Assembly (NCBI GenBank): GCA_963719225.1
Contig: CAVRAY010000001.1
Coordinates: 224,001 to 288,000, forward strand
Length of the DNA stretch: 64,000 nucleotides
Direction of reading: 5' to 3'
Origin: Thermoanaerobaculia bacterium
GTDB lineage: Bacteria > Acidobacteriota > Thermoanaerobaculia > UBA5066
The position numbers were made by a program, and so were the translations under genes. Below are positions 46,961 to 56,695 of this stretch, piece by piece (positions within the stretch are counted from its first letter, which is position 1; each line of letters opens with the position of its first letter). The notes under the pieces were generated by a model. That model did not search any database, had not been told where the DNA came from, and saw nothing but the letters and a program-made list of their open reading frames with translations.

Positions 46961-47932
46961 ATGGCCGACGACGGCGCGATCCACGTCCCGGTGCTGCTCC
47001 GGGAGGTCGTCGCGGCGCTTCGCCCGGAGCGGGGCGGCGTCTACGTCGACGCGACGCTCGGCCTCGGAGGCCATGCGCGGGCGCTCCTCGAGGCCTCGCC
47101 CGACGTGCGCGTCGTGGGCATCGACCGCGATCCGGAAGCCCTGCGCCTCGCGAAAGACCGCCTCGCGGCGTTCGGCACGCGCGTCGTCATCGTGGAAGGT
47201 CGCCACGAGGACGTCGCCCGGCATCTCGACCGTCTCGGCCTCGCGCGTGTCGACGGGATCCTCGCCGATCTCGGTGTCTCGACGCTGCAGCTCGATCGGG
47301 CCGAGCGCGGGTTTTCGTTCATGAAGGACGGTCCGCTCGACATGCGCATGGGCGCCGACGGGCCGACGGCCGCCGACCTCGTGGCGACGGCTTCACGTGA
47401 AGAGCTGACGCGGATTTTCCGCGAATGGGGGGAGGAGCGCATGGCGGGACCGATCGCCCGGACGGTTGTGGAAGCTCGGAAGACGTCTCCGATCCGAACG
47501 ACCGGCGAGATGAGGCGACTCGTGCTGAAGGTGCTCGGACCGCGGCGCGAGAAACACAAGGATCCCGCGACTCGCGTTTTCCAGGCGCTGCGGATCGCGA
47601 CGAATCACGAGCTCGTCGAGCTCGAGCGGTTTCTCGACGATGCGATCGCACGCCTCGCGCTCGGCGCACGGCTCACCGTCCTCTCGTATCACTCTCTCGA
47701 AGATCGGATCGTCAAGCGCGCGTTCCAGCGACACACGGCGGGCTGCACGTGCCCGCCGTCGTTTCCCGTGTGCGTGTGCTCGCGGCGCCGCGTCATGGCG
47801 CTCGTCACGCGTAAAGCCGTTCGGCCGTCGCTCGCCGAGCTGGGCGAAAACCCCAGGGCGCGCTCGGCGCGGATGCGTGTGCTCGAGCGCGTCGCCGAGG
47901 ATGGCGCAAGCCCGGCCACGCCGCAGGGGTAG
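46961..47932 (+). CDS. rsmH: 16S rRNA m4C1402 methyltransferase
   Basis: HVPVLL, DATLGLGGH, DLGVS, RGFSF, PLDMRM, FQALRI, YHSLEDRIVK, NPRARSA. Confidence 0.97.
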   Translation: MADDGAIHVPVLLREVVAALRPERGGVYVDATLGLGGHARALLEASPDVRVVGIDRDPEALRLAKDRLAAFGTRVVIVEGRHEDVARHLDRLGLARVDGILADLGVSTLQLDRAERGFSFMKDGPLDMRMGADGPTAADLVATASREELTRIFREWGEERMAGPIARTVVEARKTSPIRTTGEMRRLVLKVLGPRREKHKDPATRVFQALRIATNHELVELERFLDDAIARLALGARLTVLSYHSLEDRIVKRAFQRHTAGCTCPPSFPVCVCSRRRVMALVTRKAVRPSLAELGENPRARSARMRVLERVAEDGASPATPQG

Positions 47933-47941
47933 GCCCAGCTC

Positions 47942-48367
47942 ATGGCGTACGCGGTCCGCCGCCCCGTCGAAAACGTCTATCTCGTGCGGGAACGCGACCG
48001 GCGGCGGACGCGCGAGCTCGTCGCGCTGTTCCTGGCGGCCGTGCCGCCGGCAACCGTTCTCTTCCTCGCCATCTGGGCGAACCTCGAGACGGTTCGGCTC
48101 GGATACCAGCTCGCCACGCTCGCGCGGATGCGCGAGACGCTGCTCGAGAGAAGGCACCTGCTCGAGATGGATCGTGCCCAGGCGGTGGCGCTCCAGCGCG
48201 TGGAGCGAATCGCGCGCGGCACGCTCGGTCTCGTGCCGCCCACGCTCGAACAGGTCATCCTCGTGAAAGACTCGGCGCTCGCGTCGGCGCTCGCGTCGCC
48301 GCCTGCGGCCGCCCCGGAACGGACCGCCCGGCCGCCGGCGCTGCCGCCCGGAAAGGAGACGCCCTGA
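47942..48367 (+). CDS. ftsL: Cell division protein FtsL
   Basis: TM plus coiled coil, RVERIAR..LGL; lies between rsmH and ftsI. Confidence 0.8.
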   Translation: MAYAVRRPVENVYLVRERDRRRTRELVALFLAAVPPATVLFLAIWANLETVRLGYQLATLARMRETLLERRHLLEMDRAQAVALQRVERIARGTLGLVPPTLEQVILVKDSALASALASPPAAAPERTARPPALPPGKETP

Positions 48368-48372
48368 GCGCG

Positions 48373-50418
48373 GTGTCGCGCCCGGACCGCCGGGCCCTTT
48401 TCCTGCTCGCGGGGGTCGGCCTCTGGATCCTCGTCCTCTTCGTTCGGCTCGTGGACCTGCAGGTGCTCAGGCGCGAGGAGTTCCAGCGCCGCGCCCGCAG
48501 GCAGCAGGAGCGCACGGTCGAGCTCGCCCCGCGTCGCGGCGTCATCCGCGACGCGGAAGGCACGCTTCTGGCCGTGAACGCGCGGGCCGAGTCGGTCTTC
48601 GCGATTCCCTCCGACGTGTCGGACGCCGATCAGGAAGCCGCCCTGCTGGCGCCGCTCCTGAAGCACCCGGCGAAGGAGCTCGCGAAGAAGCTCGCGAGCC
48701 CGGACCGCGACTTCATCTGGCTTTCGCGACGCGTGAGCGATCCGGTCGCCGCCCGCGTGCGCGCGCTCGTCGCCGAAAAGCGCCTCCCGGGCATCCAGCT
48801 CGTGGCCGAGTCGACGCGGCGCTATCCCGAGGGAGCGCTCGCGGCCGCCGTGCTCGGTTACGTCGGGACCGACAACCAGGGGCTCGCGGGCCTCGAGTAT
48901 CGCTTCGACGCCGACGTGCGGGGAAAGCCCGCGCGCGTGACGCTCCTGCGCGACGCGGCACAGCGTCCCTACGCGACACGCGCTCGCGAAGGCGGCGAGG
49001 CTCCACGCGAGGGATACGAGGGAGCGCGCCTGACGCTCACGATCCGCACGTCCATCCAGCACGCGGCGGAGCGCGAGCTCGCGAAGGCCATGTCGGAATT
49101 CCATGCGCGCGGGGCTTCCGCCGTCGTTCTCGATCCGGCCACGGGCGCGATTCTCGCGCTCGCCTCGTTCCCGACGTTCGATCCGAACCGCTACGGAGAG
49201 GTCGACGCGGAGGCGAGGCGGTGCCGGCCGCTCGCGGACGTCTACGAGCCGGGCTCGACGTTCAAGATCGTGGCGGCTACGGCAGCGCTCGACTCCGGGG
49301 CGATCGCCCTGGACGACCCGATCGATTGCGGCGGCGGCACGCTCACGATCGGGTCGAACACGATTCACGAACACGGTGGAAAGGGCTGGAGCACGCTCAC
49401 GATCGGCGACATCCTCACGCACTCCTCGAACATCGGGATCGCGCACGTCGCCATGACGCTCGGGCGCTCTTCCTTCTACAAGTCCGTTCGGGCGTTCGGG
49501 TTCGGCGAGAAGACGGGCGTCGAGCTGGAGGGAGAGACGTCCGGCATTCTCGCGGACACGTCGGGCTGGAGCGCTCTCACGCTCCCGACGATGGCGTTCG
49601 GCCAGGAGATCGGCGTCACCGTCCTCCAGATGGCGCGCGCATACGCCGCGATCGCGAACGGGGGCGTTCTTCCGCCGCTCCACCTCGTGGACTCGATCCG
49701 GGATTCGAATCAGAGCCCGGATGCCGCGAATCGAAGAATCGAGCGGCCCGCTCCGCGGCGCCTCATGAGCGAGGACACGGCACGCCGGCTGCGGATCCTC
49801 CTCGGGAGGGTCGTCGAGATGGGAACGGGAAAAGCCGCCGCGATTCCGGGCTATACGGCCGCGGGCAAGACGGGCACGGCGCAGAAAGCGGTCCCCGGAG
49901 CGGGATATTCGAAGGACCGTTACGTCGCGTCGTTCATCGGCTTCGCGCCCGCCGACCGGCCGCGCGTCGTGATCGCGGTCGTCGTGGACGAGCCGAAGGG
50001 AAAGACGTATGGCGCCGAGGTCGCGGCGCCGGTTTTCTCCGCCATCGGAGCGGACGTCCTCGCGATTCTGCGGGAGCCGCCCGCTTCGCTCGAGGCGACG
50101 CGTCCGTCCATCCTCACCGCGGACCTCGGTGCGGGCGCGGCGGCCGTCTCGCTCAGCGCGCGCCTGAATGCCGACGACCTCGTGCCCGCGTCGAACCGGA
50201 CCGAGAGGGCCGGCGAGAACGAGGACCGCGTGCCGGACGTCTCGGGAAAGAGCGCCCGCGACGCCGTCCGGCTCCTCGCGGCACGCGGTCTTTCGGCGCG
50301 GCTCTCGGGAACGGGGTTCGTGGTCTCGCAGGATCCGCCGGCGGGATCGCCTGCCGAGCGGGGCGGGGCCTGCGCGCTTTCGCTCGCGCAGCCGGTCTCT
50401 CAGGGAGACACGCCGTGA
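48373..50418 (+). CDS. ftsI: Penicillin-binding protein 3 with PASTA domain
   Basis: RRG.I.D, RRYP, YEPGSTFK (SxxK), SSN, KTGTAQK, PASTA. Confidence 0.93.
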   Translation: MSRPDRRALFLLAGVGLWILVLFVRLVDLQVLRREEFQRRARRQQERTVELAPRRGVIRDAEGTLLAVNARAESVFAIPSDVSDADQEAALLAPLLKHPAKELAKKLASPDRDFIWLSRRVSDPVAARVRALVAEKRLPGIQLVAESTRRYPEGALAAAVLGYVGTDNQGLAGLEYRFDADVRGKPARVTLLRDAAQRPYATRAREGGEAPREGYEGARLTLTIRTSIQHAAERELAKAMSEFHARGASAVVLDPATGAILALASFPTFDPNRYGEVDAEARRCRPLADVYEPGSTFKIVAATAALDSGAIALDDPIDCGGGTLTIGSNTIHEHGGKGWSTLTIGDILTHSSNIGIAHVAMTLGRSSFYKSVRAFGFGEKTGVELEGETSGILADTSGWSALTLPTMAFGQEIGVTVLQMARAYAAIANGGVLPPLHLVDSIRDSNQSPDAANRRIERPAPRRLMSEDTARRLRILLGRVVEMGTGKAAAIPGYTAAGKTGTAQKAVPGAGYSKDRYVASFIGFAPADRPRVVIAVVVDEPKGKTYGAEVAAPVFSAIGADVLAILREPPASLEATRPSILTADLGAGAAAVSLSARLNADDLVPASNRTERAGENEDRVPDVSGKSARDAVRLLAARGLSARLSGTGFVVSQDPPAGSPAERGGACALSLAQPVSQGDTP

Positions 50419-52016
50419 GGCTCTCGGCGCTCGCCGTCGAATTTCCGCACCGGCGCGCCGGCGCCCCGGGCGACCCCGAAGTCCTCGCCGTCACGCACGA
50501 CTCGCGCGCCGCGAAGAGCGGCACGCTGTTCGCTGCATTGCCCGGGCTGAAGATCGACGGGCGCCGCTTCGTGGTCGATGCGGTCTCGCGCGGCGCCGTC
50601 GCGGCTCTCGGACTCGCGCCCGCGCCCGACGCCACGGCGGTGCCTTATCTCGAGGTCGAGAATCCCCGGCGCTCCGCGGGCCTCGTCGCTTCGCTGCTCG
50701 CGGGACGGCCGTCCGAACGGCTCGTGATGGCGGGCGTGACGGGCACGAGCGGCAAGACGACGACGACGTACCTCCTCGACGGCCTGCTCGCCGCCCGGCA
50801 TCCGAAGCGCGGCTTCTTCGGGACGATCGTCTACCGCGCCGGCGGCGCGGAGATCCCGGCGCCGCATACGACGCCGGAAGCCACCGAGCTGCAGCCGATG
50901 CTCGCGGGGCTCGTCTCGGAAGGCGGCACGGCCGCGATCCTGGAGTGCTCGTCGCACGCGCTCGTCCTCGAGCGCCTCGCGGGGTGCACGTTCGACGTGG
51001 CGATCTACCTCAACCTCTCGCGCGACCACCTCGACTTCCACCGCGACATGGACGACTACTTCGAGGCGAAGTCGCGCCTCTTTTCCATGCTCAAGCCGGG
51101 GGGGAAGGCGGTCGTCAATCTCGGAGACGCGTATGGGCGGAACCTCGCGAACAGGCTTCCTTCGAAGAGCACGATCGGATTTTTCTTAGAAGGGGAAGAG
51201 GGGAAAGCGCGCGCCGGGGAAGCCGAGCGCGCGAGCGAAGGTCTCTTCGCGACAGTCATCGGGCGCGCGACGCTCGGGCTCGCGGGGACGCATCTCGAGG
51301 TCGAGATCAAAGCCCCATTCACCTTCGAAGAAAAATACAACGGTTCAAAAACCCCACTGAAGCTTCAGAAGACGGACCAGGCGGAAATCCTATTAACAAT
51401 AAATTCCCCTCTTCTCGGCCGCTCGAATGCCGAAAACCTGCTGGCCTCCGCCGCCGCCGGCATCGCGTTGGGGTTCTCGCCGTCCGAGATCAAGACGGGT
51501 CTCGAGTCCGTGACGACGATTCCCGGCCGGCTCGAAGCCGTGCCGAACACGCGCGGCTTCACCGTCCTCGTGGACTATGCGCACAAGCCCGCCGCCCTCG
51601 AGGGCGTGCTCCGGACGGTGAGGCCGATCGCGGAGGCGGGGGGCGGGCGCCTCATCGCCGTCTTCGGATGCGGCGGCGACCGCGACAAGGGGAAGCGCCC
51701 GGAGATGGGCCGCATCGCGGCGCTCCTCGCCGACGAGGTCGTCGTCACGTCCGACAACCCTCGTTCGGAAGAGCCGGAGGCGATCCTGCGGGACGTGCGC
51801 GCGGGCGTCGAGGCGGCGGGGGTCACCGCGCATTACGTGGCGGACCGCCGCGCCGCCCTCGCCGAGGCCTTCCTCCTCGCGCGCAAGGGTGACGTCGTCC
51901 TCGTCGCCGGGAAAGGACACGAGACGAGCCAGGTCGTGGGCAGTCGCGAGCTGCCGTTCGACGACCGTCTCGTCGCGAAGGAGCTCCTCGAAAGGCTCGA
52001 GTCGGCGGCGCGATGA
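50415..52016 (+). CDS. murE: UDP-MurNAc-tripeptide synthetase
   Basis: GVTGTSGKTT, TTPE, E.SSHAL, NLSRDHLDFH, PGRLE, DYAH.P, FGCGGDRD, DNPR, AGKGHE. Confidence 0.95.
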   Translation: MRLSALAVEFPHRRAGAPGDPEVLAVTHDSRAAKSGTLFAALPGLKIDGRRFVVDAVSRGAVAALGLAPAPDATAVPYLEVENPRRSAGLVASLLAGRPSERLVMAGVTGTSGKTTTTYLLDGLLAARHPKRGFFGTIVYRAGGAEIPAPHTTPEATELQPMLAGLVSEGGTAAILECSSHALVLERLAGCTFDVAIYLNLSRDHLDFHRDMDDYFEAKSRLFSMLKPGGKAVVNLGDAYGRNLANRLPSKSTIGFFLEGEEGKARAGEAERASEGLFATVIGRATLGLAGTHLEVEIKAPFTFEEKYNGSKTPLKLQKTDQAEILLTINSPLLGRSNAENLLASAAAGIALGFSPSEIKTGLESVTTIPGRLEAVPNTRGFTVLVDYAHKPAALEGVLRTVRPIAEAGGGRLIAVFGCGGDRDKGKRPEMGRIAALLADEVVVTSDNPRSEEPEAILRDVRAGVEAAGVTAHYVADRRAALAEAFLLARKGDVVLVAGKGHETSQVVGSRELPFDDRLVAKELLERLESAAR

Positions 52017-53098
52017 TCCTCTGGCTGCTCTACCCGCTGCACGGCCGGTTGCCGCTCTTCAACGTCTTTCGCTACATCACCTTTCGGGCCGCGAACGCGG
52101 CTCTCATGGCTCTCCTCCTCTCCATCTTTCTCGGGCCCGCCCTCATCCGCTGGCTTCGCGCGAGGCAGATCGGGCAGTCCATCCGGGAGGAAGGGCCGAA
52201 GGGCCACCAGGTGAAGGCGGGCACGCCCACGATGGGCGGCGTCCTCATCAACCTGGCGATCGTCGTGCCCACGCTCGTCTTCGCCGACCTGTCGAATCGC
52301 TACGTGTGGGTCGCTCTCGTCGCGACCGTCCTCGCCATGCTGATCGGCATCGGAGACGACTGGCGCAAGGTGTCGCACAAGAACAACCGGGGTCTTTCGG
52401 GCAGGCAGAAGCTGGCCCTGCAGACCGTGATCGGGCTCGGAGTGGCGTGGGCCTCGGTGAAGCTCTTCGACGCACGCGCGGACGCCACGCAGGTCGCCCT
52501 GCCCTTTCTGAAGAACGTCCATCCGGACCTCGGCGTTTTCTACATCCTCCTGGCGACGATCGTCGTCGTGGGCTCGTCGAACGCCGTGAACCTCACGGAT
52601 GGCCTCGACGGGCTCGCGATCGGCGCGACGCTCGTCGCGTCGGCCACGTTCGCGATCCTCGCGTACATCGCCGGCAACGCCAAGGCCGCGAACTACCTCC
52701 TCGTGCCGTCCGTTCCGGGCACGGGCGAGCTTGCCGTTTTCTGCGCGGCCATCGTTGGAGCGTCGCTCGGATTCCTCTGGTTCAATTCCCATCCCGCCGA
52801 GGTCTTCATGGGCGACACGGGCTCCCTCGCTCTCGGAGCGGCGCTCGGAACGGTCGCCGTGCTCATCAAGCAGGAGATCCTCCTCGTCCTCGTGGGCGGG
52901 CTGTTCGTCGTCGAGGCCGCCTCGGTGATCCTGCAGGTCGGATCCTTCCAGCTGCGCGGCAAGCGCATCTTCAAGATGGCGCCGCTCCATCACCACTTCG
53001 AGCTCTCCGGATGGCCGGAGTCGAAGGTCATCATCCGGTTCTGGATCGTGGCGATCCTCTTCGCGCTCTTCGCGCTTTCGACGCTGAAGCTCAGATGA
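52013..53098 (+). CDS. mraY: Phospho-N-acetylmuramoyl-pentapeptide transferase
   Basis: KAGTPTMGG, NAVNLTDGLDGL, FMGDTGSL, MAPLHHHFE. Confidence 0.97.
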   Translation: MILWLLYPLHGRLPLFNVFRYITFRAANAALMALLLSIFLGPALIRWLRARQIGQSIREEGPKGHQVKAGTPTMGGVLINLAIVVPTLVFADLSNRYVWVALVATVLAMLIGIGDDWRKVSHKNNRGLSGRQKLALQTVIGLGVAWASVKLFDARADATQVALPFLKNVHPDLGVFYILLATIVVVGSSNAVNLTDGLDGLAIGATLVASATFAILAYIAGNAKAANYLLVPSVPGTGELAVFCAAIVGASLGFLWFNSHPAEVFMGDTGSLALGAALGTVAVLIKQEILLVLVGGLFVVEAASVILQVGSFQLRGKRIFKMAPLHHHFELSGWPESKVIIRFWIVAILFALFALSTLKLR

Positions 53099-54498
53099 CG
53101 CTCTCCCTTGGACCCGACCTGCCCGAGATCCGCTCCGCCGTGGTCTTCGGCCTCGCCCGATCGGGCCGCGCCGCCGTGGCGGCTCTGGCCGAGCGGGGCG
53201 TCGAGGTGACCGGGACGGACGCGAAGGCCGATCTCGAGGGCCTCGCCGAACGTTCCGGCGTCCGCTACGTCCTCGGAGGGCATCCCGAGTCCCTCCTCGA
53301 GGACATCGACCTCGTCGTCGTGTCGCCGGGAATTCCGCTGACTCTGCCCGTGTTCGACGCGGCACGGGCGCGCGCGCTGCCCGTGGTGGCGGAGATCGAG
53401 CTGGCCTCGCGGCTCCTGCCGGGCGTCATCGTCGGCGTGACGGGCACGAACGGAAAGTCGACGACGACGGCGCTCGCGGCCGCGCTCCTCAGGAACGCCG
53501 GCCATTACGCGGTGGCCTGCGGAAACTTCGGAACTCCCTGGATCCATTTCGCGACCAAAGAGGGAGCGAACGGGAGCGGCACCGTGCCGCGCACCTGGGT
53601 CGTCGAGCTGTCGTCCTTCCAGCTCGAAGGCATCCGGCGGTTCGCGCCCGACGTGGCGGTCCATCTGAACCTCACGCCCGATCATCTCGACCGCTACCGG
53701 TCGATGGACGACTACGGAGCGGCAAAGGCGCGCATCTTCGAGAATCAGCGCGAGGCTCAGATCGCGGTCCTGAATGACGACGACCCTCTCGTCGCTCGCG
53801 TGAAGACCCGCGCGCGGCGCCTCGCGTTCTCGCGGCGCGGCTCGCCAGGGCTCGGCGCCTGGCTCGCAGACGACCTCCTTCTCGCGGACGTGACGGGCAG
53901 GGGCCCTCGGATCGTGGCGAGGCGGTCGGATCTCGCGCTGCCGGGCGCGCACAACGTCGAGAACGCGCTCGCGGCGCTCGCGGCGACGCTGCCGCTCGGC
54001 GTCACGCCCGAAACCGCCGTCGAGACGCTGCGCACCTTCCGCGGCCTCCCGCATCGCACGGCGCTCGTGCGCACGGTGAACGGCGTCGGCTACTGGAACG
54101 ATTCGAAGGGCACGAACGTGGACGCGACGCTGAAGAGCCTCGAGGGGTTCGACGACCACAGCGTGCACCTCATCCTCGGCGGGAAAGACAAGGGCGACGA
54201 TTTCGCCCGGCTGGGTCCGCTCGCGTTGCGGAAGGCGCGGCGCATCCTCGCCATCGGCAAGGCGGCGCCCGCGATCGCCCAGGCGCTCGGAAGCCTGCCC
54301 GGGGTCTCCCTCCAGGTCGTCGGGACGCTCGAGAAGGCGCTCGAGGACGCGTCCTCCCACGCGGAGCCCGGCGATGTGGTGCTCCTGTCGCCCGCGTGCG
54401 CATCCTTCGACCAGTTCAAGAACTTCGAGCATCGCGGCGAGGTCTTCGAGTCGCTCGTGAGGGCGCTCCCAGAGCGGGCCGCGGCGGGCAGGCGCTGA
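53095..54498 (+). CDS. murD: UDP-MurNAc-L-Ala-D-Glu ligase
   Basis: GLARSG, SPGIP, GTNGKSTT, ELSSFQL, DHLDRY, NDSKGTN, LSPACASFDQF. Confidence 0.96.
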   Translation: MTLSLGPDLPEIRSAVVFGLARSGRAAVAALAERGVEVTGTDAKADLEGLAERSGVRYVLGGHPESLLEDIDLVVVSPGIPLTLPVFDAARARALPVVAEIELASRLLPGVIVGVTGTNGKSTTTALAAALLRNAGHYAVACGNFGTPWIHFATKEGANGSGTVPRTWVVELSSFQLEGIRRFAPDVAVHLNLTPDHLDRYRSMDDYGAAKARIFENQREAQIAVLNDDDPLVARVKTRARRLAFSRRGSPGLGAWLADDLLLADVTGRGPRIVARRSDLALPGAHNVENALAALAATLPLGVTPETAVETLRTFRGLPHRTALVRTVNGVGYWNDSKGTNVDATLKSLEGFDDHSVHLILGGKDKGDDFARLGPLALRKARRILAIGKAAPAIAQALGSLPGVSLQVVGTLEKALEDASSHAEPGDVVLLSPACASFDQFKNFEHRGEVFESLVRALPERAAAGRR

Positions 54499-55604
54499 TG
54501 GCACGGAAGCTCGCTTTCGACCGGCTGCTCTTCGGATCCGTGGTGCTCCTCGTGTTCCTGGGCCTCTTGATGATCTACAGCGCGTCGGCGATGCAGATCT
54601 ACCTGCCGACGTCCGCGGCTCCCGCCGGCGCCTATTTCTTCGTGATCAAGCAGACGATCGCGGTCGTCATCGGCGGAGTCCTCGCGTTCCTCGCGATGTC
54701 GATGGACTACCGCCGCCTGAACGACCCGCGCCTCATCGGAGTCTCTCTGGTCCTCCTCGCCGGATCGCTCGTGGGGGTGCTTCTCCGGGCTCCCGTCAAC
54801 GGGGCGCGACGCTGGCTGTCGTTCGGCATCGTCAAGTCGATCCAGCCGTCGGAGTTCGCGAAGATCGGCCTCGTCATCGCGCTCGCGGCGCTGCTGGCGC
54901 GGCGGGAGGGAGAGGTCACGCATCCGACGCGGACCCTGCTGCCGATCCTCGGGCTCGTCTCGGTGTTCGCGGGGCTCGTCCTTCTCGAGCCCGACTTCGG
55001 CACCGCGCTGACCTATTTCGTGATCGCCGGCGCGATGCTCTTCTTCGCCGGCCTCCCCTTGAAGTACTTTCTCGGGTCGGCGCTGCTCCTCGTGCCGACG
55101 CTCTCGGCCTTCGTTCTGGCGGCGCAATACCGGCGCGACCGGCTCATGGCGTTCCTCCATCCGGAGGCGGATCCCCTCGGGAAGGGCTTTCACGCGATCC
55201 AGTCGCTCATCGCCGTCGGCACGGGCGGCGTCACGGGCCTCGGCCTGGGGCACGGCAAGCAGAAGCTCTTCTTTCTTCCCTACCCCTACACGGACTTCAT
55301 CTACGCGATCGTGGGCGAGGAGCTGGGGCTCATCGGGTGTGCCGCCGTCCTCGCCCTGTTCGGCTTCGTCTTCGCGCGGGGCGTCCGGGCCGCGGCGAAC
55401 GCGCCCGACTCCTTCGGGCGGCTTCTCGGGATCGGGTTCTCGGTGATGATCGTCGTGCAGGCGCTCGTCAACATCTCCGTCGTCCTGTCCCTCCTCCCCA
55501 CCAAGGGAATCCCGCTGCCGTTCCTCTCGTACGGCGGGTCGGCGCTCTTCGTCGACCTCCTGGCGGTCGGGATCCTCCTCAACCTCTCGCAGCACGCGTC
55601 ATGA
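54498..55604 (+). CDS. ftsW: Peptidoglycan polymerase FtsW
   Basis: GARRWL, QPSEFAK, EPDFG, TDFI, GEELG, PTKGIPLPFLSYGGS. Confidence 0.95.
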   Translation: MARKLAFDRLLFGSVVLLVFLGLLMIYSASAMQIYLPTSAAPAGAYFFVIKQTIAVVIGGVLAFLAMSMDYRRLNDPRLIGVSLVLLAGSLVGVLLRAPVNGARRWLSFGIVKSIQPSEFAKIGLVIALAALLARREGEVTHPTRTLLPILGLVSVFAGLVLLEPDFGTALTYFVIAGAMLFFAGLPLKYFLGSALLLVPTLSAFVLAAQYRRDRLMAFLHPEADPLGKGFHAIQSLIAVGTGGVTGLGLGHGKQKLFFLPYPYTDFIYAIVGEELGLIGCAAVLALFGFVFARGVRAAANAPDSFGRLLGIGFSVMIVVQALVNISVVLSLLPTKGIPLPFLSYGGSALFVDLLAVGILLNLSQHAS

Positions 55605-56695
55605 CGGAGCGCGGCTTTCTCATCGCGGGGGGAGGGACGGGGGGGCACGTCTTCCCCGCGCTCGCCCTGGCCGGCGAGATCCGGCGCCGGCGGCCGGGTG
55701 CGCCCGTCGTGTTCGTGGGCACGGCGCGCGGGCTCGAGACGACCCTCGTGCCGAAGGCGGGCTTCCCTCTGGAGCTCGTTCGCGCGAAGGGCCTCGTCGG
55801 AAAGGGATGGCGCGCGCGTCTCGAGGGCCTTCTCGCGCTGCCGCTGGCGTTCGTCGACTCGCTGCGTCTTCTCGCGGTCCACGATCCCCGCGCCGTCGTG
55901 GGCGTCGGAGGGTATGCCTCGGGCCCGCTCGTCGCCACGGCGTGGGCGCGCCGCGTGCCGACGTTGATTCACGAGCAGAACGCCGTTCCCGGCCTCACGA
56001 ACCGCCTCCTCGCGCGCGTGGCGAAACGCATCGCGGTCGGCACCGCGCGCACAGCCGCGGCGCTGCCCGGAGCGATCGTGACGGGGAACCCGGTGCGAAA
56101 GGACTTCTTCGAGATTCCATCTCTCGTCTCACGGGAAAAGCACCGGCGGCTGAGGGTCCTCGTCGTCGGCGGCAGCCAGGGAGCGCAGATCCTGAATTCT
56201 CTCGTGCCTCCCGCGCTCGCCAGGGTCGAGGCGGCCGGCATCGCCTTCGACGTCGTGCATCAGGCCGGAAAGAACCGCGCCGGCGAGGTCGTCACGTCCT
56301 ACGCGAAGCTCGGCCTTTCTGCCGACCGCGCGTTCGTCCACGAGTTTCTCGACGACATCTCCGCTGCGTACGCCGCCGCGGATCTCGTCGTCGCGCGGGC
56401 GGGCGCGATGACGATCGCCGAGATCGCGGCGGCCGGCCGCCCGGCGCTCCTCGTGCCGTTCGCCGCCGCGACGCATGCTCACCAGGAAGCCAATGCCCGC
56501 GCGCTCGAATCGAGCGGCGCGGCCGTCGTTCTCACGGAAGCCGAGGCGACGGACGAAACGCTCGGGGCGGCGCTCGCCGGACTCCTCGGCGACCCGTTGC
56601 GTCTCCTCGAGATGGGCGAGGCGGCGCGGCGCTCGGCCCTTCCGGACGCGGCCTCACGACTGTGCGACCTGCTCTTCGAGGCGGAAGCGGCATGA
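55601..56695 (+). CDS. murG: Lipid II GlcNAc transferase
   Basis: GGGTGGHVFP, GGYAS, HEQN, GNPVR, GGSQGA, RAGA.T, HQ..NA. Confidence 0.96.
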   Translation: MTERGFLIAGGGTGGHVFPALALAGEIRRRRPGAPVVFVGTARGLETTLVPKAGFPLELVRAKGLVGKGWRARLEGLLALPLAFVDSLRLLAVHDPRAVVGVGGYASGPLVATAWARRVPTLIHEQNAVPGLTNRLLARVAKRIAVGTARTAAALPGAIVTGNPVRKDFFEIPSLVSREKHRRLRVLVVGGSQGAQILNSLVPPALARVEAAGIAFDVVHQAGKNRAGEVVTSYAKLGLSADRAFVHEFLDDISAAYAAADLVVARAGAMTIAEIAAAGRPALLVPFAAATHAHQEANARALESSGAAVVLTEAEATDETLGAALAGLLGDPLRLLEMGEAARRSALPDAASRLCDLLFEAEAA

